NCBI RefSeq assembly: GCF_001194135.2
Contig: NC_068992.1
Location: 879,064 to 916,843, forward strand
DNA: 37,780 nucleotides
Origin: Octopus bimaculoides
Taxonomy: Eukaryota
Reading direction: 5' to 3'
In this document: positions 1 through 12,539 of the stretch, piece after piece
How the letters are laid out: every line of letters begins with the position of its first letter
Numbering within the stretch: the stretch's first letter is position 1
Made by a program: the position numbers and the translations under genes
The notes under the pieces: model-generated
Database searches by the model: none
What the model was told of the DNA's origin: nothing
Seen by the model: only the letters and a program-made list of their open reading frames with translations

Positions 1-35
1 AATGAAAAGTCGATGCAACTGGTGTCAGTAATTTC

Positions 36-137
36 CGTCCGTCCATCCTTCCGTCCGTCCATCCTTCCGTCCGTCCATCCTTCCGTCCGTCCATCCTTCC
101 GTCCGTCCATCCTTCCGTCCGTCCATCCTTCCGTCCG
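36..137. repeat. Perfect 16-bp tandem repeat (CCGTCCGTCCATCCTT), about 6.4 copies
   Basis: Unit read directly; explains ORF 13..195 (PSVRPSFRPSIL repeats). Confidence 0.95.
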
Positions 138-483
138 TTGTCCGTTCATATATAGATACGTAAACATTATACAAAATATATATATATTTGCATAAATCAC
201 CGAAAAAAAGGAAAGACAGTATTACGTTTGTATCGGAAGCTCCATTTCGACCATGATTCCGCCAATATCTTAAAAATTAAATGAACGCTTTACTCGATAT
301 AGCAAGTAGAAAGATATTTGCACGAGTAACACAGGAATAAGAAAAGCACATTGCAGGTGGAATGTTCGCTTCAATATTGTATATAAACGATACACAAATG
401 ACTGGATCCTATAATTATATATGATTGAATCCACCCATAATACACATATACAAACGTATACATGCGTACGTATACACATACAG

Positions 484-527
<44 letters not shown>

Positions 528-580
528 ACATACCTGTGTGTATGTGTGTGTTTATGTATTCATAACGGTCAATGTTGTAG

Positions 581-637
581 ACCCTGGTGAATCCGCAGAA
601 ACTTCATCTCCTTCTCAGAGTGAGTCTAATATAGATG
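581..637 (+). CDS. Candidate 57-nt phase 1-1 coding exon: (D)PGESAETSSPSQSESNID(G)
   Basis: Acceptor gttgtAG at 579-580, consensus donor G|GTAAGT at 638-643, open frame, length divisible by 3, higher complexity than the flanking microsatellites. Polypyrimidine tract is weak; no family recognised. Confidence 0.5.
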
Positions 638-1265
638 GTAAGTTTCTTTTATAGGCAGACTTTGTTCATGTTTTTATTACGATATGTCGAAATGCTGTAC
701 GAATATATATATCTCCTTGAGATGAGAAAATTTGGCACTGCCGAAACACATTTACATTGGGTATGTTAAACTCACTGATCAAATAATACATCTCCTCACC
801 TATCGTATCATGATCATTAAGCCCCCATATAAAGACTATTATAACGTTTGGAGTTCTTTTTTCCAACTCAATAAATTTCATTCCTATGTTATTGGTTTCA
901 TTAAATATACACCACTCGTGTTCAAAAGTATTCACTCTAGTCTATTAAATATAAAGAAGACTATGATGTGTAAAACAATATGATGTGAAAAGACATTTGG
1001 TGCGAAGCAGCGGGAGGTATTCGTATAATAAGGTAATAATGGTGAAGCTCATAAAATTATGTGCTATTCAGTTATTGAAGCATAGTATTGAGGACCAAAA
1101 AACAAAACACATTAGTTTTTATCAAAGATACACAGTAGCTGATGCATATTTATATGCTTGCACTCAAAAGCATCACATGTGTGCATACAGAAGCACATCA
1201 GTAAAATCAGGAATATATAAATATTTAGGTTATATACATATATGTGTGTGTATGAGTGTACATAT

Positions 1266-1300
<35 letters not shown>

Positions 1301-1311
1301 CATACATACAA

Positions 1312-1396
<85 letters not shown>

Positions 1397-2197
1397 CATG
1401 CACCTGCACACACATATATATGGACAGAGAGTGAAAGTGAGCGAGAGAGATATAAATAAATAAATAGACAGATAGATAGATTCATAGAAAAAGGAAATAA
1501 AGAGATAAATGAATAGACACACGCGCACACGCTTACACACAATTATATCTCTAAATCTGAGCGTGTATATATTTGAATATATTGAGATAATGTATATCTA
1601 TTTCAAGTTTATACATAAATACATAAATACAAACATATGTATATATACGTATTTACGTACACCCACACCACACACACATATAGCCATATCTCATTAGTGA
1701 GCAAAAAAATGAAACGAATGAAACAAGGTTATAGACTAATAAGCTAACATAATTGAATCCATTTATTTCGTGAGAATACTAACCCATCGAATACTGCCAG
1801 TGATAGAAAGGAAACGCACACGACTGGGGTTTGGGAAAGTAGCGTTGTAAATATGTATATAAGAAAATTTTGAAAAAATGTCCAAATTTTAATCGTGAGC
1901 GAACAGTGACTGAAAATGCAGTTGGCTGATCTGTGACAAACCCCAACTTGTCGACGATAGAATAGAATTGAAATTACAAACCAATACGAACTGATCAACA
2001 AAGCCTGATATAACAAATTCTACGTTTGGCTCGAACTTTTGCATTCCCTTTGAATTAGATAGTTACAAGCGCATCGATGGGGATTAAATGTAGTGGACAA
2101 CTAGTTTCTGCGTCGTGAGATCTATAACAGTCATGCATACAGGCACACTTACATATCAATTCATACAAATACACACGCAGAAGTGTATATACATACG

Positions 2198-2251
<54 letters not shown>

Positions 2252-2281
2252 AACATACATGCATATAAAGATGTAAATGGT

Positions 2282-2553
2282 TGGATCAAAACAGTTTGAT
2301 TCAAATTCGTTGGTAATCTTGAGTTTCAAGGGTGTTGAGCAACAGAATTTGATTGTTATTTCCGTAAGGTGGGCTACTATTGGTCGAGGAAGGCCATGCG
2401 GTGTCGTGGTCTGAGACCTTCCTCGACCAATCGCAGCCCACCTTACGGTAATAAGAATCAACTTCTGCCATTCAGCTTCAAAATGGCTGAAGACTAGAAT
2501 CCTCCTTGAAAATCAAGAGTACCATCAAATTTGAATCAAACTGTTTCGACCCA
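2282..2553. mobile_element. Fold-back / MITE-like palindromic element, about 270 bp
   Basis: Arms pair along almost the whole length: tggatcaaaacagtttgattcaaattcg with aatttgaatcaaactgtttcgaccca, and ccgtaaggtgggctactattggtcgaggaagg with ccttcctcgaccaatcgcagcccaccttacgg. Confidence 0.85.
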
Positions 2554-2624
2554 TGCATGTAACTTCCAATAAATTTGTTGAGTAGCCTTCTTTTGTTTGT
2601 CCACTTACTCGTGTGTGTTTGTGT

Positions 2625-2704
<80 letters not shown>

Positions 2705-2786
2705 CGTGCGATGGGTAAATTGTCGCAATTTTATATTTTTGATTTCACGCATGCGCATTGTTTGTCTTTCATTTTGTCAACTACAG

Positions 2787-3019
2787 GGCATAGTAGGGTC
2801 AGATGGGCACCGCCCGTGGGTAAAACAGCACCAAGACAATTCACTCTGTCAAAAATTTGGAAACGACATGCTGTATGGCTTGGCATTTGCGCAGGAAGCC
2901 CCAATACACATATTTCAGAGTGTCTGGGTGTCAATCTAGGGATTCGGAAAGAGTTGGATGAATCTAATGGTGATTACGAAGGTACGGCAACTCGGAAAAC
3001 TCACTCTGATTCGTTCTGA
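2787..3019 (+). CDS. Candidate exon region in phase with 581-637: GHSRVRWAPPVGKTAPRQFTLSKIWKRHAVWLGICAGSPNTHISECLGVNLGIRKELDESNGDYEGTATRKTHSDSF*; alternatively two small exons 2787-2819 and 2919-2981
   Basis: Strong acceptor (tttgtctttcattttgtcaactacAG, 2785-2786); a phase-1 join gives an open frame to TGA at 3017-3019; AATAAA follows near 3090. Alternative internal sites: GG|GTAAAA at 2820, tttcAG at 2917-2918, AG|GTACGG at 2982. Confidence 0.45.
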
Positions 3020-4688
3020 TAAGAAAAGAACTTGTTAATTTGTTCATGAGATCCAGGCCATGATTGACAACGATCCCTCCAAGTCAGTTGAATAAATATT
3101 TAAAGGTATAATTTTACTTTGCCTTAAAAATCGGCATGAACTTTCCGGACAACCCAATATTTAAAGATAGAGAGATATGTAGATAGATCGATATAGATGT
3201 GTGCGTACGCACAGTCTAGACAAATGCATAAGAGTTAGTAAAATAAAAGCGGTCTATCCGAGTATTTAACTTAGAAAAAGTAAAAAGAAACAGCAACAAC
3301 CAGCAATTTAAGGGGTTTTGCTTTTATAAATATGTCAGAAATAGTGATTTCTTAATTGCTTTCTGATTTGAAACATTTGATCATGTAAATAGCTCAGCGT
3401 TGTTTTAAAAAACCAGTATGTTCAGATTCTTTTGTTAACCTTTTAAAATATATTTGAAATCCAGTTTTTATAGACTGAGTTCGCTTCTTTCCTGTGATAT
3501 ACGTTTGATTGTGAAATTTTAGTGGTAGATTTTATTGAAATGGTGTTTGATCAAACGGGAGTCATTATTTGTCACTAAATGTAAATTTGAATTGTCGTTT
3601 TAAAACGGTATTTGACCAAATGGATAGACGTTGATTTCTCTATACGTCATTTAAACTTAATAAATTTATCACAAGAAAACTGACAATATTTTTTAAAAAT
3701 TTGAATTTTGTATACAGTCGCGCATTTAATTTTAAATCATATAATTACACAACTAGTCTGACACTGTAAATCCATATACTTTGATAAAATTTTGCGCTTA
3801 GACTTCCTATACACACGTCAGCACAACGGCGATTATTCATAATACATTTCAATAACATCTAAATCCGATTTGACACGTCAGGTTCATAATTTATCTCAGG
3901 TTGATTATAATCCATTTTAATGCAATTTACTTCTAAAATAAATTTTTATCAAAAAATACGTAATGAAGTAAAGAAAAAAATGAAATCATACTTCATTCGA
4001 ATAAATTTTTTTATCGAAAATACATTCCGCAAACCACAGCATTCAAAGATTGGACGACATTAAAACCATCAATTAACCGCAAACGCACACGCACACATAC
4101 ACGCACGCATGCGCACACACACACACAGACACACACACACACGCACGCACGCACAATATTTTCGTAAATTCTCTGCGCTTTCCTTGAATGGGCTTCACAA
4201 AGATCTCTCTTTCTCCCCCCTCTCTCTTTCTCTCTCTCTCTCATTCTATCTCTCTCTCTATATATATATATAGTTAACTGTCTGATTGTTAGTTAGTGTC
4301 TTCGTCTCTCCCTGTCTCTGATTCTTTCTTTCTCCCTCCCTCTCCTACCTTCTGTCTGTGTGTATATGTATGTGTGTGTGTGTGTGCCTGGGTGCACGCG
4401 TGTGTCTGTGTGCGTGCGTGTGTGTGCACGCGGGCGCGCGCGCGTGTGTGTGTCACACGCGCCTAGCTCCCGTAGAGAACCTCCGAAATGCGTGAAACAA
4501 ATCTTCACATATTGTTGTCAATGGGTCACTTAAATACATTAATTACTTCACAGAATTCTGGCGCATTCACTGCGTTGTTCTCGGCCTATAACCAACATTT
4601 TGGGACCCTGGCTTTTATATCCGTATGAATACAGGTAGACACATGCAGCAGATATATTATGTGTACACACACACACACACACACACAC

Positions 4689-4725
<37 letters not shown>

Positions 4726-5122
4726 CAATGGTCTGCGTGCCGTAGGTCAATGAAATTGGTCATGTTTCAATGAACTGCAATTCCATGGCTAAAGTCCAGC
4801 GACTGAAACACGCTGAAAAATAATAATATTTATGAATAAATTATATATTAATGGAAAATAATTTCAACTTATAAAATATTATCTATGTTGTATTAAACAA
4901 TACTTTGGCGATTGATTCACGTCATGCGAGCTGAATAAATGTACTATCGTTAAGATGCGATAGATTCTTAATGTAATGTAGCTGTACGGGTAAGGTGTTC
5001 AACTCGGAACCCTACAGGTTGCCGCTTCTTCTACATTACACCTTGGTCAATGCTATTCTTACATCGCGCAAAGTCTAACAAATTAGTAAAAACAAATTCT
5101 TGCACACCCTCACATACATACA

Positions 5123-5158
<36 letters not shown>

Positions 5159-5170
5159 CATAAGTATACT

Positions 5171-5206
<36 letters not shown>

Positions 5207-5426
5207 AGTATACTTAACTATATATATATATATAGACACATGTACACACACTTATATATAATCGATTATTTTTGGCGAGCTCGTCGCAATCATTTTTGTA
5301 GTTTATTTCTATTGATTTTATATCGTAGTCGTATATATACATGCGTTAGTTACAGATTTAAGCAAGCAAACAGCTACACTCACTCTCTCACACACACAGG
5401 CACGTCGAGGCACACGCATATACATT

Positions 5427-5427
<1 letters not shown>

Positions 5428-5482
<55 letters not shown>
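5428..5482. repeat. (GA)n microsatellite
   Basis: Direct reading. Confidence 0.97.
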
Positions 5483-5486
<4 letters not shown>

Positions 5487-6989
5487 AGTTTTGCATGTAA
5501 ACTACGTAAAAACTTGATATAATTCGCTTTTAGTAAGGCCTAACACGATTGGTGTGTTTAAATAAGCTTTCTGTTTGTCTAATGTATCTTTTTCCTACCG
5601 TAATTCACTCTAGTAAAAAAATACCACTCCTACAAAAATCTGAGTGATAGGGTGTAGCTCACTTGTGCTATGGTGTGAGGTGTTCTCTGGGAAGCTGAGG
5701 AGAATTTTTCTTAGCTTTGTGGCCATACGTTTTATATTAATCAAGTTATGTTTCTAATGCATGCAAAAGAGTACAATTTCTTTTGTGTGACTAGTAACAT
5801 GTCGATAAAATGTGCTTCAGTAACAGATTTATATTGTTACGGATTAGGACTAATCAGGAGTATATTATCAATTTTAAATGTCACTTTTCTTGGAATGAAT
5901 TAAGATCAACCAGAAATGCATTGTCATCTGTCTATGGTAAACATTCAGTGTTAGCAAAAAGTCAATGCTGGTTATAATTTCTGTAGAAATAACCTCAACA
6001 TAATAATCTGTCTATGGTGTTTAAGTGTGATAATTACATCGGTAGCTTTAAAATATAATAACATGCGCTTATTGAAGAAACTAAAATTTTAAATAAGAAA
6101 TTAGTAGAGAAAAATGTGTAGAAACTCCGTTATTGCGTTGTCAGCACTTTCAGACACGTCTTGTATCCCTCTTTGGACCTTGGGCGCTTTTACAAGACAG
6201 CATTAGATTGCTTCTCTTCCCTTCAATGATAAATATATTAAAATATACTTAGCGATCAGATATTTCGTTCACGTCATCTATAGCCCTCTGATAATTTAGC
6301 TAACCGACATATTAGCAACTGTCAATATTATATTACGTAATATTTTAAAAATCCTATTTCCATTCGATGTATAGAAGGAAAATCACTCTAAAGAATAATG
6401 AATAAATTATGAAATTTATCGGATTATTGTGTATCAATAAATTTATGTATATACGTATATATATATATATACATGTGTGTGTGTGTGTGTGTGCAGTTAG
6501 AAAAAGAAAAGAAATAAAGAGAAATATTTATGTATGTCAATATGCGTACCTACACAGATGTAAACGTAACGTATGAATTCGTACATGGTTACTTTGACGT
6601 GTCTCATGTTTTATATATGTTTTTTATTGTTATGTTACAATAAGAGTTTCCATTTATTCATTTTTAAGTATTCATCTTATTTAGTAAAACTGCATTATTG
6701 TAATTTTTTTTACGTATGTGAGAGAAGCTCCTCGGTGCAACAGTGATGAACAAACACAAGGATAGATAATTCGGTAGGCCTGTGTGCATGTACAATGATT
6801 AAGCTGAAAAATAAGCGAGGATGGTGTGCATAAAATTAAATGCTCCAGAAGGAAGTGAATAGAATATCAAAACAATTTTAATAACACATCGTATGTGTGG
6901 AGAGCTTGATGGCTTACTTTATTGTGAGTGGAGTTTAGTTACAATTTAATTGACAAGGAGACAGGAAAGCATTAGCAATCTTCCTATTT

Positions 6990-7250
6990 CGCTGATTCTC
7001 TCAAATCATGAGATAGTTATTTCGATTCCTGGAGCGGGCTGTGTGCTATGTTCTTGAGCAAAACACTTTATTTCACGCTGTTCCAGTTCACTCAGCTGCA
7101 GAAAGTCTGGTGATGTCACTGATGCCAAGATGTATCGGTCGTTGCCTTTCCACTGGATGGCATGGGCGGCGTGGCATGGGCGACTACTGGTCTTCCACAA
7201 AGAACATTACACGAACCTGTGCCTCGGAGGGTTACTTTCGAGGTCCACTC
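6990..7250 (+). mobile_element. tRNA-derived SINE, family B (CORE-like centre), decayed 5' end
   Basis: Aligns with 22779-23055: ttcgattcc B-box remnant, tgttcttgagcaa.acactttatttcacg.tg.tccagttcactcagctgcagaaa, ggtcttccacaaa. The 3' limit is uncertain because the other copy runs into a gap. Confidence 0.85.
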
Positions 7251-8045
7251 TAGTCGTTGGCAGTCAGAATGATGTCGGCAGTCAAAGGCTTGAAATTTGT
7301 CACAATGGCGTACCTCTACTGGCAGCAATAAGAAAAGTCGTATTTCTTGTTGATGCATACTACAAGTTGTTGGAGGATATGCAATTTTTCGCGGTGGTAG
7401 AGATGGCAGTTTGGAGTACCGGGTGAATATGGTGGCACTCTGTCGGCGATAGTCTACTTGATGCTGGGTGTTACATCTCGGAGGTCACGGAGTCTCTAGA
7501 GAAAATGAGACAGGGAAGTAGAGCTCTCTCTATCCCTAGATCTGAAAGAGTGCATATGTTGAAAGTATCTTCCCATGAATTCATTAGCTGTCATACCAGT
7601 ATAGTGCCCAATAATGCCATCGGATGATTTAAGGGTGGCTCTGTATACTACTGCCGTTGAGACGCAGGATCCTTCTAGAGGGCACATGGTGGGGTTTCGG
7701 GAGTTGCAAGTTGGGGTTTGAGTGGCGTGGCTGCATTTTTACGTCTGTTGATGTATGCAATGTTAGATACGATGTTGTCTAATCAGGAGTAGCTCACCTT
7801 GACATTATGTGGGTTGAAGAGTTTTTAATACCTGTGGCCTCTGGAGAAGTGTTTCTTAATTAACGACAAGAAGCCCTTAGCTACGTTGGTAGAAGCTTCT
7901 AGGTTGAAAGGGGTCATGTACCATATAATGTTTCTCTTCCTTATCTTTTTGGGGTGAGGTGAAGGTGTTTGGAGGTTGTTCACATACGTGAGCTTTTGAG
8001 TAAACTCACTCCTAGCCAAATCATCGTTGTAGTGGCGGGGTGGCC
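7250..8045 (-). mobile_element. Penelope-like retroelement 3' part (end of thumb, linker, GIY-YIG endonuclease), Naiad-like, pseudogenised
   Basis: Manual translation: YND.LARSEFTQKLTY..RKRNIIWYMTPFN..TNVAKGFLSLIKKHFSRGHRY*KLFNPHNVKVSYS*LDNI..CNSRNPTMCPLEGSCVSTAVVYRATL..HYTGMTANEFMGRYFQHMHSF..TSLSHFL*RLRD..SIK*TIADRVPPYSPGTPNCHLYHREKLHIL..INKK. Two Trp positions are TAG. Confidence 0.93.
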
Positions 8046-8047
8046 CT

Positions 8048-8103
8048 GATAGAGATCACTCTATCGGCAGAGTATCAACGAATTTGAGTCAAACTGTTTT
8101 GAT

Positions 8104-8106
<3 letters not shown>
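8048..8106. mobile_element. One arm plus hairpin tip of an element related to the 2282-2553 fold-back
   Basis: Reverse complement tggatcaaaacagtttgactcaaattcgttgatactc matches the left end at 2282; hairpin gatagag-atca-ctctatc at 8048-8065. Confidence 0.75.
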
Positions 8107-8164
<58 letters not shown>

Positions 8165-9269
8165 CTTGCGTATGTATGTTTGCTTATATGCTTATTGCAT
8201 TCCTTCGCATGCGCATATATGACTGCATACATGTACCTATGCTTATCTGTTTATGAGTATCTCGTCTTTCATTTTTTCTTAAACAAACGTTAAATTCATA
8301 TAATTTGTTCTTCTAAAAAAAACTCTCTTTATTATCTGTTGCCGACTAAGCACAGAATAGAGAAGTACAGTCACTCCCACACACGCACGTCCATTCACTC
8401 GCACACATATTCGCACATGTATGTATGTGTAAGAGGTTTATATTCTGAATTTAAAACAACTTTCTTCTTCAAGAAACTTTAAGCATATGTCTGTACATGT
8501 ATGTTTGTACATTTAATGTCAGCGTCTCCAAAGTACTTGTTTTCGCTTTGAGTGGTAATCTTCTTAATTGGACATTCAAAAACTGACAGTCTTGCTGTCA
8601 GTGCTCAATTCTTTTTCGCCTCTAGATAATAGACAAATTCTTTTCCGAACTGATCAATTTTAATATCGTATTTAACACAATATTCTTAATATACACTCTT
8701 CATTCGTTCCTTAGTAACATATTCTATAGTTTAAAATTCACATCAACAAGCACTGTAGAATATTGAAAAAATTAAATAAACACAAGAAAACAGAGTAAAA
8801 TAAAGTAAAAGGAAGACTTGCGTTTGGTGGTTGAAAATTGTGAAATTAGCAATACACAAAACGAAGTTGTGTTTAATAAGGCTATCTTGATGTCGACAGC
8901 TAGGTAAAGTATCATTCAATTAGTTGGTGACAGGTAAGCTCTCTTTAACGTCTTCTCAATCAGTTTTTAATTGATAAAATTGTCTTAAGCTTAGTCTCCG
9001 AGCTTTAGATGTGTCACGTTTTATTATTTTATTGTTTGTTTCTTTAGTTTTATTTCATTTATGTTTTTTTTTACTGAAAGCAATTTCGTTGGTTCTTTCA
9101 TTTTTGCCATCGGTGCATCTAGTGTAAATGTATAACACAACCACACAGACGTAGGTATACATATCCAACACATACACACACATACACACACACACACACA
9201 CGCACACACACACACATACATACACATGTGCGCGAAAACACAGACATACAGGCAGATACGCACATAGAG

Positions 9270-9310
<41 letters not shown>

Positions 9311-9628
9311 GACGCATCTGCCGTCGTGCCGGCGATAGGCATTCGGTTAATCGATCATCTGAAATTGCCACTTGTTAAATTACCTTGTCACTGGAAGAGT
9401 ATTCCGATGGCCCCTGTACACTTAACAGAAGTGAAACAATTGAAACAGAATATGTGATAACGGCTGGACTTTAGAATTACATAGCCGGTATTTCTAAACT
9501 ATCATCAAAATTGGTTCTACCAAATTTCACCCAAAACTATTTTAGTACAAACCGTATGTGTTGACGTTTGGTGACCTTATGTAAGCGATTCTGAATGAAT
9601 AGCCATATGTATCTCAAACATTATATTT

Positions 9629-9845
9629 ATTTCTTTATTGCCCGCAGGAGGCTAAAACATAAAGGGGACAGACAAAGGTATTACGTCGATTACATCGACG
9701 CAAGTGCGTAAGAAGTACTTATTTAATCGACCCCGAAAGGATGAAAAGCAAAGTCGACCTCGGCGGAATGTGGACTCAGAACGTAAAGACAGACGAAACA
9801 CCGCCAAGCATTTCGCCCGACGTGCTAACGTTTCCGCCAGCACGC
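9629..9845 (-). mobile_element. tRNA-derived SINE, family A, full length
   Basis: Reverse complement aligns end to end with 36019-36230: gctggc.gaaacgttagcacg.cgggcgaaatg head, B-box region, tttcatcctttc.gg.tcgattaa centre, gtcgatgtaatcgac, caataaagaaa tail. Confidence 0.93.
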
Positions 9846-10074
9846 AGTGTTCAGACGTTATATTAATACATACAAATTTAGCAACGCTTCAAAATACCTA
9901 TTGTTATTAAGATGAACATCCATGTTCGTGCATGATTAATATTTTGTTTGAGGCACCAAAACTAAGAACATTCCAGAGCAAACAACTTATGGCTTGTGTT
10001 TAAAGTATTATGATATATAACAATATTAGAGTTATCAAAGCCCGGTCTGTGGTTGAACAATATGAATAACAATG

Positions 10075-10210
10075 GGCACAAGTCGTAGTCAAAAAGTTAC
10101 ATCTGAACTGTGAAGTTTCACGTTCAATCCCACTGCACTACAAATTGGTTAAGAGTGTTCTAGCTTCAAGTGACCAATACTCTTATTGGAAACGTTGCAG
10201 GAACTCATTT
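10075..10210 (+). mobile_element. Possible highly decayed tRNA-derived SINE
   Basis: B-box-like gttcaatcccactgc followed by a CORE-like remnant and a (TATG)n tail; only one copy in the window, recognised from memory. Confidence 0.35.
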
Positions 10211-10299
10211 ATGTATGCATGTATGTATGTATGTATGTATGTATGTATGTGTGTGTGCATGAATGTATGTAGATATGTTTACATGTATATATGTATATA

Positions 10300-10331
<32 letters not shown>

Positions 10332-11115
10332 CGTACATGTGTGTATACATATATAAATGCATACCTATATGTGTACATGTATTTATATGTATGCATATAA
10401 ACGTTTGTATACAGGTGTACTTGTGTGTGTGTGTGTGTGTGCATATATGAGGGAGATGGATATAGATAAAGAGATATATAGAGAGGGAGAGAAGAAGAGA
10501 GCAAAGACGAGAGAGTGAAAAAAAGAGTGGTATATTCTCGACGGCATTGTACAGAGTTGAAATGTAACGTATGAAAGAACGGTTGCCAATATTTGAAATT
10601 TCAGTTTTCACTCGTTCAAAGCTAATTATATTTTCCAAACTGCGTTAGATGTAATTTACGAAGGATTTTTACGCTTCGAAACATGAAAGGGGTTTCCGTC
10701 TTTAGGGGGTTCAGTTATTAACTTTGCGTCAGCTCGGAAATGGAGACGTTTGTATTTGTTATGAAACTGAAAGAAGAAAACCACTTTCGCATTAAATATG
10801 CACTGCAGATAACTGTAGATAATATTTATTGAAAAGACAAGAAAAAAAAAAAAAGCATTGGCTTAAAGTTTTGAATAATTAACATTCACTCTGATGTTAG
10901 TTGTGAAGAAAAAAAATATACACCTCTAGCCACTAGATATGTTCACTGTTAATGTGATAGTTCTACTTGATTTTCATACACACACATATGCATGTATGTA
11001 TGTGTGTGTGTGTGTGTGGTCATCTATTAGTGTGTCTTTGTATATATATATATATTTACGCTTCTATGAGAACATGTTTTGTCTATATGCATAAAACCTA
11101 TGTTTATAAATGCAA

Positions 11116-11272
<157 letters not shown>

Positions 11273-12539
11273 CATATATATATATATGTACGTGCGTGTA
11301 TGTTTGCATATCTCTTCATGTGTTTATGTATATATGTACACTTGTATGTGGCATGTTTTGTCCGTATGCATAAAACCTGTTTATGAATGACAATATCGAT
11401 AAGTATATGTGCATGTGTATGCATGTATATGTATACATATACATACGCATGTTTATATATATATATATGTTATAGTATATGTTATATTAGGCACGCAACG
11501 TAGTATTGTGGAGAGAACAAAGTTTCAGCTCCGTTCTAATATGATTGGGACATATTTGGCATGTAAAACAGTTATTTTCTCTGAGTTTTCAGTTCCGAAA
11601 GTTTTCACTTTAAAAAAATAAGGTGATAAACCATCAACACTTGTTTCAGTGTTCCTGCAGAGAGATGAGTGCGTTTCAGGTTACTTAGCTATCTTAGGCA
11701 TCTGATGCCATAAAAGATGTCCAAAAATATTTGAGCGGATCTAAAATTCATTTACAGGCCCCACTACACACACATATACATGCGTAATATCATACTAACA
11801 AATCTACCCATCTACAATAGAGGTATAAAATGAGGGTGGAAAGTCATAATAACAGTATGTATGGAGAAATGTGTAAATGGACTTGATAGATTAATGGTCG
11901 ATGCCTTAGAGAAATCACATTATTGTTGGTTATACAGCATTCTATTGCAGCTATATATGTTTGCGACTGACATGTGATGACGATTCACTCCCAAACTTAA
12001 ATAGGCTCCCAGCCTCTGTGTCATGAATGGTTATGTGGACCACTACATAAAAAAGTATTAAGAAACAAATGTTATTTAGACCTATTTTTATTTTAGTTGT
12101 TTGCACTATTTTACGCTTGTTTATACGCTTATACATTCAAAGTACACAAATTTTCTGATTTAGATTATGAAGCATACTCCTTTCAATAATATCAATATCA
12201 TTATAAAACTTCTTTGTAGACGATATTTTCTGTTTGGTCGACACTAATTTTCAAATTACTGGAGTCCGTTGCTCTACTCATAGCGACATATAACTGACCG
12301 GATCTTTAGGGCTGCAAAAAATCAAACTAAAAATCTTCTATGCGAATAATGTCTGAATGTTCTGGTATCATGGGTTATTTTGATTGATAAAACTGAGATG
12401 TAAACAACAGCCGCTTTGATTAGCCGTTTCGAATCCTGTTCGAGTCAGACACTTCAATAACCACTAAATAATCGCATGCACTATATACTGACACACACTT
12501 TTTCTATTTTATTTTCGCTATTAACTGTCCTCGTGACCC

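Noticed and set aside
7225-7275. SECIS or hammerhead downstream of the TGA-containing PLE (gag-tggac-ctc-gaaa on the minus strand)
   Set aside because: No CUGANGA or SECIS core; the segment appears to be the antisense SINE B tail.
10660-10700. Hammerhead-like cgaagg..cttcgaaacatg
   Set aside because: Core incomplete, U16.1 missing, no stem I.
12410-12452. Minus-strand hammerhead-like ctgactc-gaa..ttc-gaaacggcta
   Set aside because: Core mismatch and no stem I pairing.
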